Below, piece by piece: positions 48,099 to 55,632 of a stretch of DNA of 64,000 bases; position 1 is the stretch's first letter, and every line of letters begins with the position of its first letter. The stretch is taken from the NCBI GenBank assembly GCA_051884915.1, contig JBJEWF010000004.1, forward strand, positions 243 through 64,242, written 5' to 3'. The position numbers were made by a program, and so were the translations under genes. The notes under the pieces were generated by a model. The model did not search any database. It saw nothing but the letters and a program-made list of their open reading frames with translations, and was not told the origin of the DNA. This stretch comes from Kiritimatiellia bacterium (GTDB lineage Bacteria; Verrucomicrobiota; Kiritimatiellia; RFP12; UBA1067).

Positions 48099-49192
48099 TT
48101 TCCGCCACCATCGCCACGCAGGCGTTCGAACCGCCGAACGCGAATGAATTGGAGAGCGCGGCGCCCGCCACCGCCCCCGAAGACAGATACAGCCAGCACA
48201 GCGCCGCTTCGACGGCGCCCGCCGCGCCGAGGCAGTGTCCCGTCATCGCCTTCGTGGACTCCACCCGCGGCAGCGTCCCGAAAATCCGCCGGACGGCCTT
48301 CATCTCCATGGCGTCGTTCGCCGGCGTCCCCGTGCCATGCAGGTTCACGTAGCCGACGTCCGCCGGAACAAGACCGCCCTCCGCCAGCGCCGCGCGCATC
48401 GCCGCCTCCGCGCCGCGCCCTTCCGGATCGGGGGCCGTCGCGTGGTAGGCGTCGCTTGTCTCGCCGCAGCCCACCACGGCCACGGTGCGGCCGGCTCCGG
48501 GCGCGGGAGACGGCTCCATGAGGAACAGGGCCACGCCCTCCCCCAGATTGATGCCGTCGCGGTCCGCGGCCAGCGGCCGGCAATGCCCCTGCGCCAACGC
48601 GCCGAGGGCGTGGAACCCGTTCATCGCGAACCGGCAGCGCCCGTCGACGCCGCCGACCACGACCGCGTCGGCCACGCCCGCCGCCATCAGACGGTGCGCC
48701 GCGCCGAAGACCTTGGCGCTCGAACTGCAGGCCGTGGAAACCGTATAGGCCGGTCCCTCGATGCCCAGCAGACGTTTCAGATAGTCCGAAGGCGTCCCCA
48801 GCTCGATCTGCGAAAAGTCCAGCCCCCGCGGCTTCGTCCCCGTCTCCAGCCAGTCCCCCACAAACCGCTGGGCCTCGTCGATTCCCGTATTGGACGCGCC
48901 CAGCACGATGGCGATGCGCGCGGCCGGATGACGCGCCCTGAAGGCGTCCAACGCCGGCCGGAAATTGGAGACGGCATGCAGCAGCAGGCGATTCGACCGG
49001 AAATCGAACTCGGGTTCATCGATTTCGGGCAATTCGCCCGGCACCATGCCGAAGAGAATCGTCCGCCCGGGAACGTCCGACGGCAGCGGCACCAGTCCCG
49101 CAACCGATCCCCGAAGTCCGTTCGCAAGCACTTCTTCATTCGTCCGGCCGAGTGCGCATGCGCACGAAAGACCCGTCAGATGACAACGCATA
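48091..49192 (-). CDS. Second beta-ketoacyl-ACP synthase with intact Cys-His-His triad
   Basis: VSTACSSS, LHGTGTPAND, MTGHCLGAAGA motifs. Start MRCHLTGLSCACALG at 49192; the longer ORF-track start is rejected. Confidence 0.8.
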
Positions 49193-49241
49193 CCGTCCTG
49201 ATGCTCTTCGCTTCTGTTCGCCCCGTGGCCGGACGGCATCG

Positions 49242-51541
49242 TCACCATTGAATCGCTTCCGCCCGGGTGATGTATTTGTCCTGTTCGGACTTCGGCAGGT
49301 CGTTCCAGCGGACGTTCCATCCGCACACGCGGACCTGCAGATCCTCGTACTTCTCCGGGTGCCGCTGCGCGTCCTTCAGCTCCTCGGCGCTGAACACCGT
49401 GAACTGGACGACGCTGCCGCCGTTCGCGTGAAAGACCCGCACCACGGTCTTCATCGCCTCGCGGCCCTTCGCGCCGGAACAGGCCGACGGGTGCATCATC
49501 ACGTCCAGCGGAACGTCGCCCGGCAGGTCCTCCACGCTGACCGAGCTTAGCGTCTGGACGAGCGCCGTCACCCCCTCCGTGTCCATGCCCATGGTCGGCG
49601 AGAGGTTCTTGGACATCTCTTCGCCTTTTCGGCGGCCGTCCGGCGTCGCGCCCGTCTTCGCCCCCAGCTCGATGAACTGGCGCGCGCAGTGTCCCGCGGC
49701 GAGGAAGATCCCACCTCTGGAATTGGGCTTGCCGTTGATTTCGCCGGAGAAGGTCAGGATCAGCTCGCGCCCGAGCGCGTTGGCCTCGGGGTCGTTGTTG
49801 CCCCACTTGCGCTTCGAGCGCAGCATCCGCAGGCGCAGGGACTCGTGGCCCGCCCAGTCCGCCGCCATCGCTTCGCCCAGCCCGGCCAGCGTCAGCTCCC
49901 GCCGTTCGTAGACGATCTCCTTCACGGCCAGCAGCGCGTCGACCGCGGTGCCGAGGCCCACGCCCAGGATCTCCGTGTGGTTTCCGTGCGGACATCCATC
50001 GGCGAAGCCGTCCTTGCGGTGCCGCAGCGCGAATTCGGTCGCGAGCGTCATGCAGTTCGCGGGGTTGACCTCCGCCAGCACCTTCTCGGATTCGAAGGTG
50101 ATGTCGCGGCAGCGCACCGTCACGTCCGCCAGACGGCGCAGATATTCGGCCTTGAACTCCGGGAACGTCGCCGCCGCGAACGTTCCCGCTTTCGCGTCCG
50201 CCAGCAGCTTCTCGACCGGTTTGAGGTAGCTGAGGTAGCCCATGATCGTGGTGTTCGCGCTGTCGCGCAAAGCGAATTCGTAGCAGCCGATCAGGACCAT
50301 CGTGCGGCAGTCCTCGTCCGACGCGTGGCACCATTGCTTCAGCGCCTTCGCCGCCGGCTCTTCGCCGATGAACGCCAGCGACCGGTGGCGGCGCGCCATG
50401 TCCACCAGCTTGTCCATCACCCAGTCCGGCGTGTTCGGCGCGATCTTCACCAGGAACTTCGGCGACGTGAGGTTGCACGCGTCCGCGACTTCGAGAATGA
50501 TCCGCGAGACGTGGTTGAACTCCGTGGTGCCGTCCGCCTTCGTGCCGCCCAGGCCGATCGGATGGTTCCAGTAGTTGGCGATCGAGCCCCACTGCCAGAA
50601 GAAATGCTTGAGCTGTTCGCGGAATTCGGCCTCAGTCGTCCGCCCGGCGGCAAGGTCCGCCTCGTAGTAGGGGGTGAGGAAGACGTCGAGTTCCGTCAGC
50701 GACCGGCACTGGACGGCATCCATGTGCTCCGAGTAGAAGAAATACAGCCACACGAACATCAGCATGTCGTAGGCGGTCTGCGGCTTGCCGGTCTGCAGCC
50801 GCTCCAGACAGGCGATTTCCTTGGCGAGCCGCCCCGCGGCGTCGCCCTTCGCGAGATTCCGCTGCGCCTGCCGCTTGAACCGGTCGATTCCCGCGAGCAT
50901 CGCGTCCATGGCGATCCGCAAGCTCTCGTAGAACGGATCGTCGCGCCCGTTCGCCTTCGCATACCGCTCCAGCCGCGCCTGCATGCCCGGATAGCCGAGG
51001 GCGAGGATCGCGCGCCAGTCCGGAACCGAGTGGTCGAAATCCTGCCACAGGTGCCAGTCGCCGTCGCGGTTGCCCTCCCGCCAGGCGCGACGGACCCAGT
51101 CCGGCAGCCGGCGCGCGTTCACTTCGCCGGCGCGCGCGCCGATGATGGCGTTCATCGGACGGTCCCAGCGGTTCCAGATGGCGATGGCGGGGAACCAGTC
51201 GAACGCCGAGACGTCAATCGCCTGGCGCGTGACGAGACAGGCGAAGCACTTCGCCTTGGTGATGCGCCACGGCTCGGCTGCGGCCTTGCCGGCGGCGACG
51301 ATTTCCTTCAGGGCCGCCTTCAGCGCCGGCACGGCGAGTCCGGTGGACCTGTCCGTCACGTCCTGCCGGAATTTGCGGCGCAGATAGGTGTCCACGTCGG
51401 CAATATGGGGAACGAACGGATCCCAGTAGGTCATGTCGATGAAAGACCTGGCCAGCAGCGAACCCGGCGCACCGCAGACCACCACGCCCGAGGCGAGTCC
51501 GAGAAAGCCTCGACGCGTATAAGCATAAGCGTTTGTCATGT
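49242..51541 (-). CDS. Divergent glycyl-radical enzyme (PFL2/dehydratase-type) with predicted twin-arginine (Tat) N-terminal leader
   Basis: C-terminus aligns with the PFL glycyl-radical domain (HPEKYEDLQVRVCGWNVRWNDLPKSEQDKYITRA against [25 protein letters not shown] of the window's own PflB). Single catalytic Cys in a GCYE motif. N-terminus is MTNAYAYTRRGFLGLASGVVVCGAPGSLLARS. Confidence 0.75.
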
Positions 51542-51682
51542 CCACATGATACCATTTAACGGGTCCGAAGGCAATGGTGCGCGGTTCCGGGGGCGGGCGG
51601 GGGCGGCGACGAAGCGGCGCGCGGGCACTCCCTGCGGCGCGAAGAGGGCAAAAGGGCGAACGTCCGCATCGGCCCGCCCGCC

Positions 51683-51721
51683 GGCCCAAAAACGAAGAAA
51701 CCCAAACGCGCGTTTGGGTTT
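51683..51721 (-). terminator. Rho-independent terminator following the orphan tRNA 3' fragment
   Basis: Perfect 12-bp-stem hairpin AAACCCAAACGC/GCGTTTGGGTTT (51698-51721), followed on the minus strand by a U-rich run (CUUCGUUUUUGGG). Confidence 0.55.
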
Positions 51722-51734
51722 CAACGTCTTGGAT

Positions 51735-51790
51735 TGGTGCGACTGACTGGGATCGAACCAGCAACCTTCGGCTTCGGAGAACAAATCGGG
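51735..51790 (-). other. Orphan tRNA (or tmRNA) 3'-half fragment; putative attachment-site remnant at the prophage boundary
   Basis: Minus strand reads ...GGTTGCTGGTTCGATCCCAGTCAGTCGCACCA: T-stem-loop, 7-nt acceptor 3' strand, discriminator, CCA. No D-arm or complementary 5' acceptor strand upstream, so it is not an intact tRNA. Confidence 0.45.
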
Positions 51791-51830
51791 ACCGCGTTTT
51801 ATTGGAGAATAGCCCTACTGTGCATATTCT

Positions 51831-51840
51831 GTGCTATAAT
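51831..51840 (+). promoter_or_regulatory. Candidate extended -10 promoter (TGcTATAAT) upstream of the integrase gene
   Basis: gTGcTATAAT at 51831-51840. No good -35. Confidence 0.3.
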
Positions 51841-51916
51841 TGGCACCGTTAAGCGCGGAACTATACCATAGAAGGACATGGACACGCACGCGAGAGCAGA
51901 AACGGAGCGAAACGAA

Positions 51917-53059
51917 ATGAAACGGACAAACGGGAGCGGAACGCTCTACAGAAGGACGGGCAGCGACATCTGGTACACGAGAATCCTCATCGGCGGGAAA
52001 TGGGTGCGGAAGTCTACCGGCGAGACGGACCGCGCAAAGGCCGAGAAGATTCTGGACGAATACGCCACCGGCCACGACCTTCCAGACGACGCGCGGCTGG
52101 CGGCGGTCGAGGCGATCCTCAAGGCACGGCGCAGCCATTCGCCGACATTCGCCGAGGCATGGGACCTCTACACGCGCCACCCGAAGAACGCGGACCAGAG
52201 CCAGGGCGCGCAAGGAATCGACCTCGGACGCTGGCGCGTTTTCACCCGCTGGGCCGGAGGATATCAGGGCGGCGACCGTTGCCGAATCAACCAGGACGCC
52301 GCGCACCCGGAAGTCGAACGGCTCGAAGACGTGACCCAGGACATCGCAAGTGAGTTTGTCGCCTGGGCACGCGGAACGGTGTCACCGTCAACCGTCAACC
52401 GATACATCCGCGTCTGTCGCCGAATCTGGGACTTTGCGAAGGCCGAACGGAATCCCTGGGTGGACTTCCCTCACCTCAAGACGGACGCACAGAAGCGGAG
52501 ACGTCTCACGCCGGAAGAACTCACGCGGCTCATTGAATCGGCCACGGGCGAAATGCGGACGCTTTTCGTGATCGGAGCCTACACGGGACTCCGCCTGGGC
52601 GACGCGGCCCATGTGACCTGGGAACAAGTCGACGCGGCGGCTGGAATCATACGGCTACGCCCGCACAAGACGATCTACTCCGCCGGAACCTGGGTCCACC
52701 TGCCAATGCACCGCGTTCTCTCCCGCCAGCTCGGGAAGCCGAAGAAGCGCGGATACGTCACGCCCGAAATGGCGTCGTGGCCTCAATGGAAGTTGAGCGA
52801 CGCGGCCCAGGCCCACTTCGAGGTATGCGGACTTGCAGAAAGACGCAAGGCGGACGGCTACAAGCGCCACACGGCGGTCGTCGGTTTCCATTCGCTGCGG
52901 TCCACGTTCGTCTCTCTCATGGTGGACGCTGGCGTGCCGCTGGCCATCGTCCGGGCGCTTGTCGGACACGTCGACGAGGAGATCACCCTGCGCTACTACC
53001 GCATGGAGGAGGAGCGGGCACGGGCGGAAATCGACAAGCTGCCCGACTTCACGGCGTAA
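51917..53059 (+). CDS. int: Tyrosine-type site-specific integrase (phage integrase family)
   Basis: N-terminus MKRTNGSGTLYRR. C-terminal catalytic motifs HSLRSTFVSL...GH...LRYY. The ORF-track start at 51878 is an upstream extension. Confidence 0.9.
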   Translation: MKRTNGSGTLYRRTGSDIWYTRILIGGKWVRKSTGETDRAKAEKILDEYATGHDLPDDARLAAVEAILKARRSHSPTFAEAWDLYTRHPKNADQSQGAQGIDLGRWRVFTRWAGGYQGGDRCRINQDAAHPEVERLEDVTQDIASEFVAWARGTVSPSTVNRYIRVCRRIWDFAKAERNPWVDFPHLKTDAQKRRRLTPEELTRLIESATGEMRTLFVIGAYTGLRLGDAAHVTWEQVDAAAGIIRLRPHKTIYSAGTWVHLPMHRVLSRQLGKPKKRGYVTPEMASWPQWKLSDAAQAHFEVCGLAERRKADGYKRHTAVVGFHSLRSTFVSLMVDAGVPLAIVRALVGHVDEEITLRYYRMEEERARAEIDKLPDFTA

Positions 53060-53067
53060 AACCGCTT

Positions 53068-53277
53068 TCAGAGTTCAGACGGATCGATATCGGCGTCGCG
53101 CAGGATTTTACGGAGCAGCCCGACATGAAGCGGACGGGATCCGTGAGCGGGAACCGTGATCAGCGTCGCCACTCCGGGCTTTTTGAACTGCATATGGCTG
53201 CCGTCTTTCATGCGGGCAAGCGACCAGCCTCGAATATTCAGCTCATGGGCGAGCTGCCTGGCGTTCAACTGCTTCAT
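53068..53277 (-). CDS. hicA: HicA-family mRNA interferase toxin
   Basis: 69 aa. ...GWSLARMKDGSHMQFKKPG...TVP... matches the HicA (YcfA-like) signature. Confidence 0.8.
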   Translation of the reverse strand: MKQLNARQLAHELNIRGWSLARMKDGSHMQFKKPGVATLITVPAHGSRPLHVGLLRKILRDADIDPSEL

Positions 53278-53474
53278 ACGAGAACGCTGGCAACCTCGGC
53301 GCCGTCCGGGACCTCGAACGAGTTGAGGCCCTCAAGGTGGAAGCTGATCGCCTTGCGGAGATTCTCACGAAGCTCCTCAAGCGTGTCTCCGCTCGAATAG
53401 CACCCGGGCAGGGCCGGAACCTCAGCCCAGAAAGACCCGTCCTCGCGGCGGACTATGGCTTTGTACTGGCACAT
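53274..53474 (-). CDS. hicB: HicB-family antitoxin (short UPF0150-only form)
   Basis: 66 aa. ...EDGSFWAEVPALPGCYSSGDTLEELRENLRKAISFHLE matches the HicB N-domain. Overlaps hicA by 4 nt. Confidence 0.75.
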   Translation of the reverse strand: MCQYKAIVRREDGSFWAEVPALPGCYSSGDTLEELRENLRKAISFHLEGLNSFEVPDGAEVASVLV

Positions 53475-53689
53475 TGGATGGTTTATACCTCAGTTTCGAT
53501 TCTGTTCAGTTCGCAAAAAACGCGGCTATGATACCACAACCGAGGACGTGACGCAACCGGGACAAGCCCTGAAATCACCCACTCGGAACGCCCCGCCGAA
53601 CGCCCAGGAAAATGCTTCGCGGACACTTCGCGCGAAATATCGCAAAATGTTAATTATAGCTCTTGCACAGCGTACACAGCGCGATGCTT

Positions 53690-53729
53690 CGCAACCCTAA
53701 GTTTTTATAATATAAAAACTATAGGGTTG
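53690..53729. repeat. 40-bp near-perfect palindrome GCAACCCTAAGTTTTTATAAT/ATAAAAACTATAGGGTTGC in AT-rich non-coding DNA
   Basis: The arms are reverse complements apart from a 1-nt indel. AT-rich core contains TATAAT in both orientations. Confidence 0.6.
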
Positions 53730-54166
53730 CAAAGTATGCGCGCAAACTGTACCCCCACCCCTTAACTGTAAATTCAATATACGCAGTCGAGCACCCCTAC
53801 AGTACCCCTGGACTCCTACAGAACAGAACAACACAAGACGCTCACGGAAAAAGACCAACGGCAGCATGCCCCCCAACCCTACCCTTCCCACGCCCGGAGA
53901 TGCGTCGGCGTGGCTGCGAGGGCCTGAAAGATTCTCATGGGCGACACTTGACGGGCGGCGTCGCCGTGGTAGAAAGCACGAAGCAGGTCGCGGATCTTGC
54001 GTTTGCATGAAGCGCATCGACCTCATCCGCACAATTACCGAAAAATGCGCCGTATTTGTCCGCAATGGACACGACCACGACTGGTACCGAAATGTCGTGA
54101 CAGGCTGTCTTTCAGCCGTTCCACGCCACCGTTAGAGCGGTTGTAGAAAAAATATGAAAAAATCAT

Positions 54167-54195
54167 AAAAACCATATTGACGGTGTAAAACACCT
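54167..54195 (+). promoter_or_regulatory. Perfect sigma70 promoter TTGACG-N17-TATAAT with the 13-bp palindromic operator GGTGTAAAACACC occupying the spacer (operator copy O1, 54172-54184)
   Basis: -35 at 54167-54172, -10 at 54190-54195. An AGGA RBS and the first ribbon-helix-helix gene follow at 54239. Confidence 0.6.
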
Positions 54196-54238
54196 ATGGT
54201 ATAATACGCGCCACAAAGACCAAAACAGGAACATCAAA

Positions 54239-54427
54239 ATGCCGAACAAACGAAAGCAAGGAAAGAAGTTGGTAGCCGGATGGCTACAAAGTGGTGATGC
54301 CGAAGAGTTCAAGGATCGTGCCGCAGAATTGGGCATGACCACAACCGATTTGCTGACACTTCTAATCCGAGAGGAATTGAAGCGTAGCAACCGCACAAAC
54401 ACAAATCCAACCGAAAGGAATGCCTGA
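54239..54427 (+). CDS. Ribbon-helix-helix (CopG/Arc-like) DNA-binding protein 1
   Basis: 62 aa. ...AELGMTTTDLLTLLIREEL... matches the RHH helix pattern. Driven by the operator-containing promoter. Confidence 0.65.
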   Translation: MPNKRKQGKKLVAGWLQSGDAEEFKDRAAELGMTTTDLLTLLIREELKRSNRTNTNPTERNA

Positions 54428-54428
54428 A

Positions 54429-54600
54429 ATGGAAATGGAAATGCAAAACATCGAAGTGACCTTGTCCGACAAGGAAATCAAGGACTTCAACGAACTATGC
54501 GCCGAGCGCAATGTCTGCCCTGCGCAAAAAATAGGCGAACTGATACACGGGTTTATTTTGGCCGAGGGTGTAAAACACCAAATCAGAAAGACAGCATGAG
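54429..54600 (+). CDS. Ribbon-helix-helix-like small protein 2 (56 aa; absent from the ORF track because it is under 60 aa)
   Basis: MEMEMQNIEVTLSDKEIKDFNELCAERNVCPAQKIGELIHGFILAEGVKHQIRKTA has the beta-strand-then-two-helix RHH layout. Starts 2 nt after the RHH1 stop. Confidence 0.5.
54568..54580. promoter_or_regulatory. Operator copy O2 of the palindrome GGTGTAAAACACC (inside the 3' end of the second RHH ORF)
   Basis: Exact 13-bp repeat of the O1 sequence. Confidence 0.5.
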
Positions 54601-54618
54601 GTATTTTTTGACCGTGCG

Positions 54619-54631
54619 GTGTAAAACACCG
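54619..54631. promoter_or_regulatory. Operator copy O3 of the palindrome GGTGTAAAACACC, embedded in an extended inverted repeat CCGTGCGG...CCGCACGG
   Basis: Exact 13-bp repeat, 51 bp centre-to-centre from O2, immediately upstream of the RBS of the third RHH gene. Confidence 0.5.
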
Positions 54632-54663
54632 CCGCACGGCCTGAAACCTAACAGGAGCGGGAC

Positions 54664-54846
54664 ATGAGCGACGAGAAGATGATAAACGTGCCGCTGGACG
54701 ATGAGACGAAGTTCGTCCTTGAAACCAGCGCGAGGGAGAACGGACGCGCCGTAGGGCGCGAAGCCGCTATGCTGATAAAGCGCGGGCTTGCCTCATTCCG
54801 GCGCGGGCTGGAAGCGGCGGGCGCGTTGGAGCGGAAAGGCGCGTGA
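54664..54846 (+). CDS. Ribbon-helix-helix (Arc/MetJ-like) DNA-binding protein 3
   Basis: 60 aa. MINVPLDDETKFVLETSARENGRAVGREAAMLIKRGL. RBS AGGAG upstream. Confidence 0.65.
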   Translation: MSDEKMINVPLDDETKFVLETSARENGRAVGREAAMLIKRGLASFRRGLEAAGALERKGA

Positions 54847-54956
54847 CATGGAGCGCAAGGCCGCGCTTGGATCCGCCGAGGACGGAGGCGAGCCGGACGG
54901 TGAAATCAGAACTTAACCCACTACACCAACCACCCGAACCGAAAGGAACCGAACCG

Positions 54957-55298
54957 ATGACAAACCCGAACTTCCCCGAACTCGAGATCGACTGCGCCCA
55001 CTGCGTCTTCGGCTGCAGCGCGATCCGTGCGAAGAACGTCAAAGAAGGTAACAAGAAATGGACGAAGAGACTAATCGAAATCTTTGAGTGCCGTATTTTC
55101 AGGCCATCTCAGACCTCATCCTTCCCCGAGATCAACATCAACGACTGGTGCGGGTACTTCTGCGACGCGGAGACACTGGCCCGCCCCTTCGTCGGGCTGA
55201 ACGCCGCCCCGAATGATCCCGCCAAGCTCCGCCACAAGCCCGTGCAGCCGCGAAAGATCCACGCGGAGGATCAGCCGCGAGAGGAGGTGGCCGAATGA
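54957..55298 (+). CDS. Cys-rich (zinc-finger-like) hypothetical phage protein
   Basis: Motifs CAHCVFGC...C...CGYFC. Start MTNPNFPE at 54957 with a GGAACCGAACCG RBS-like region. The ORF-track start at 54843 is an extension. Confidence 0.5.
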   Translation: MTNPNFPELEIDCAHCVFGCSAIRAKNVKEGNKKWTKRLIEIFECRIFRPSQTSSFPEININDWCGYFCDAETLARPFVGLNAAPNDPAKLRHKPVQPRKIHAEDQPREEVAE

Positions 55299-55456
55299 AG
55301 CCGGAGACCGTCGAGACGCTGAAGGAAGCCGTCGGCTGCGTGGCCGTGTTCATCATCTACGTCGTTCTGGCGTGGCTTTTCCTGACCGCGACGCCGCCGC
55401 AGTTTTCTGCCGAACGCGACCTTTGCGCCGAACAGATGGAAGGGATTGCGAAATGA
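55295..55456 (+). CDS. Small (53 aa) single-TM membrane protein, ATGA-coupled to both neighbours (not in ORF track)
   Basis: MKPETVETLKEAVGCVAVFIIYVVLAWLFLTATPPQF... The start overlaps the previous stop and the stop overlaps the next start. Confidence 0.4.
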   Translation: MKPETVETLKEAVGCVAVFIIYVVLAWLFLTATPPQFSAERDLCAEQMEGIAK

Positions 55457-55632
55457 CGAAGGCGGAAGCAATCATCGTGCTGCAGAAGATCCACGACCGC
55501 TGCCCTTCGTCGTACCAGCGCGAGGCCGTCAACGCCGGAATCGCCGCCCTTCTCCGCTCCATCAAGTCGACGAAGGCCGCGAAGAGGAACCACATCGCAC
55601 GCGCGAAGGCCGCGAGGAAGGCTGGCGATTAA
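55453..55632 (+). CDS. Small basic hypothetical protein (59 aa)
   Basis: MTKAEAIIVLQKIHDRCPSSYQREAVNAGIAALLRSIKSTKAAKRNHIARAKAARKAGD. Translationally coupled on both sides. Confidence 0.45.
   Translation: MTKAEAIIVLQKIHDRCPSSYQREAVNAGIAALLRSIKSTKAAKRNHIARAKAARKAGD

Noticed and set aside
49242-51764. Longer start (MLVRSQ..., 51764) for the GRE gene as given in the ORF track
   Set aside because: The extension would read through the terminator hairpin and the tRNA fragment and is low-complexity. ATG 51541 gives a coherent N-terminus.
51735-51810. Intact tRNA gene on the minus strand
   Set aside because: Only the T-arm and acceptor 3' strand plus CCA are present. The upstream sequence has no D-arm and cannot pair with the 3' acceptor strand, so it is interpreted as an att-site remnant.
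54163-54402. 79-aa minus-strand ORF overlapping RHH1 and its promoter; also ORFs 53337..53531 +, 53455..53700 +, 53697..54065 -
   Set aside because: They have no RBS or motif and implausible composition. They overlap the strong promoter/operator or the AT-rich palindrome region, which is better explained as non-coding.
54167-54631. CRISPR array
   Set aside because: The only repeated unit, GGTGTAAAACACC, is a 13-bp palindrome present three times at irregular spacing (396 and 51 bp) and overlapping a promoter and coding sequence. This is an operator pattern, not repeat-spacer architecture. No cas genes are present.
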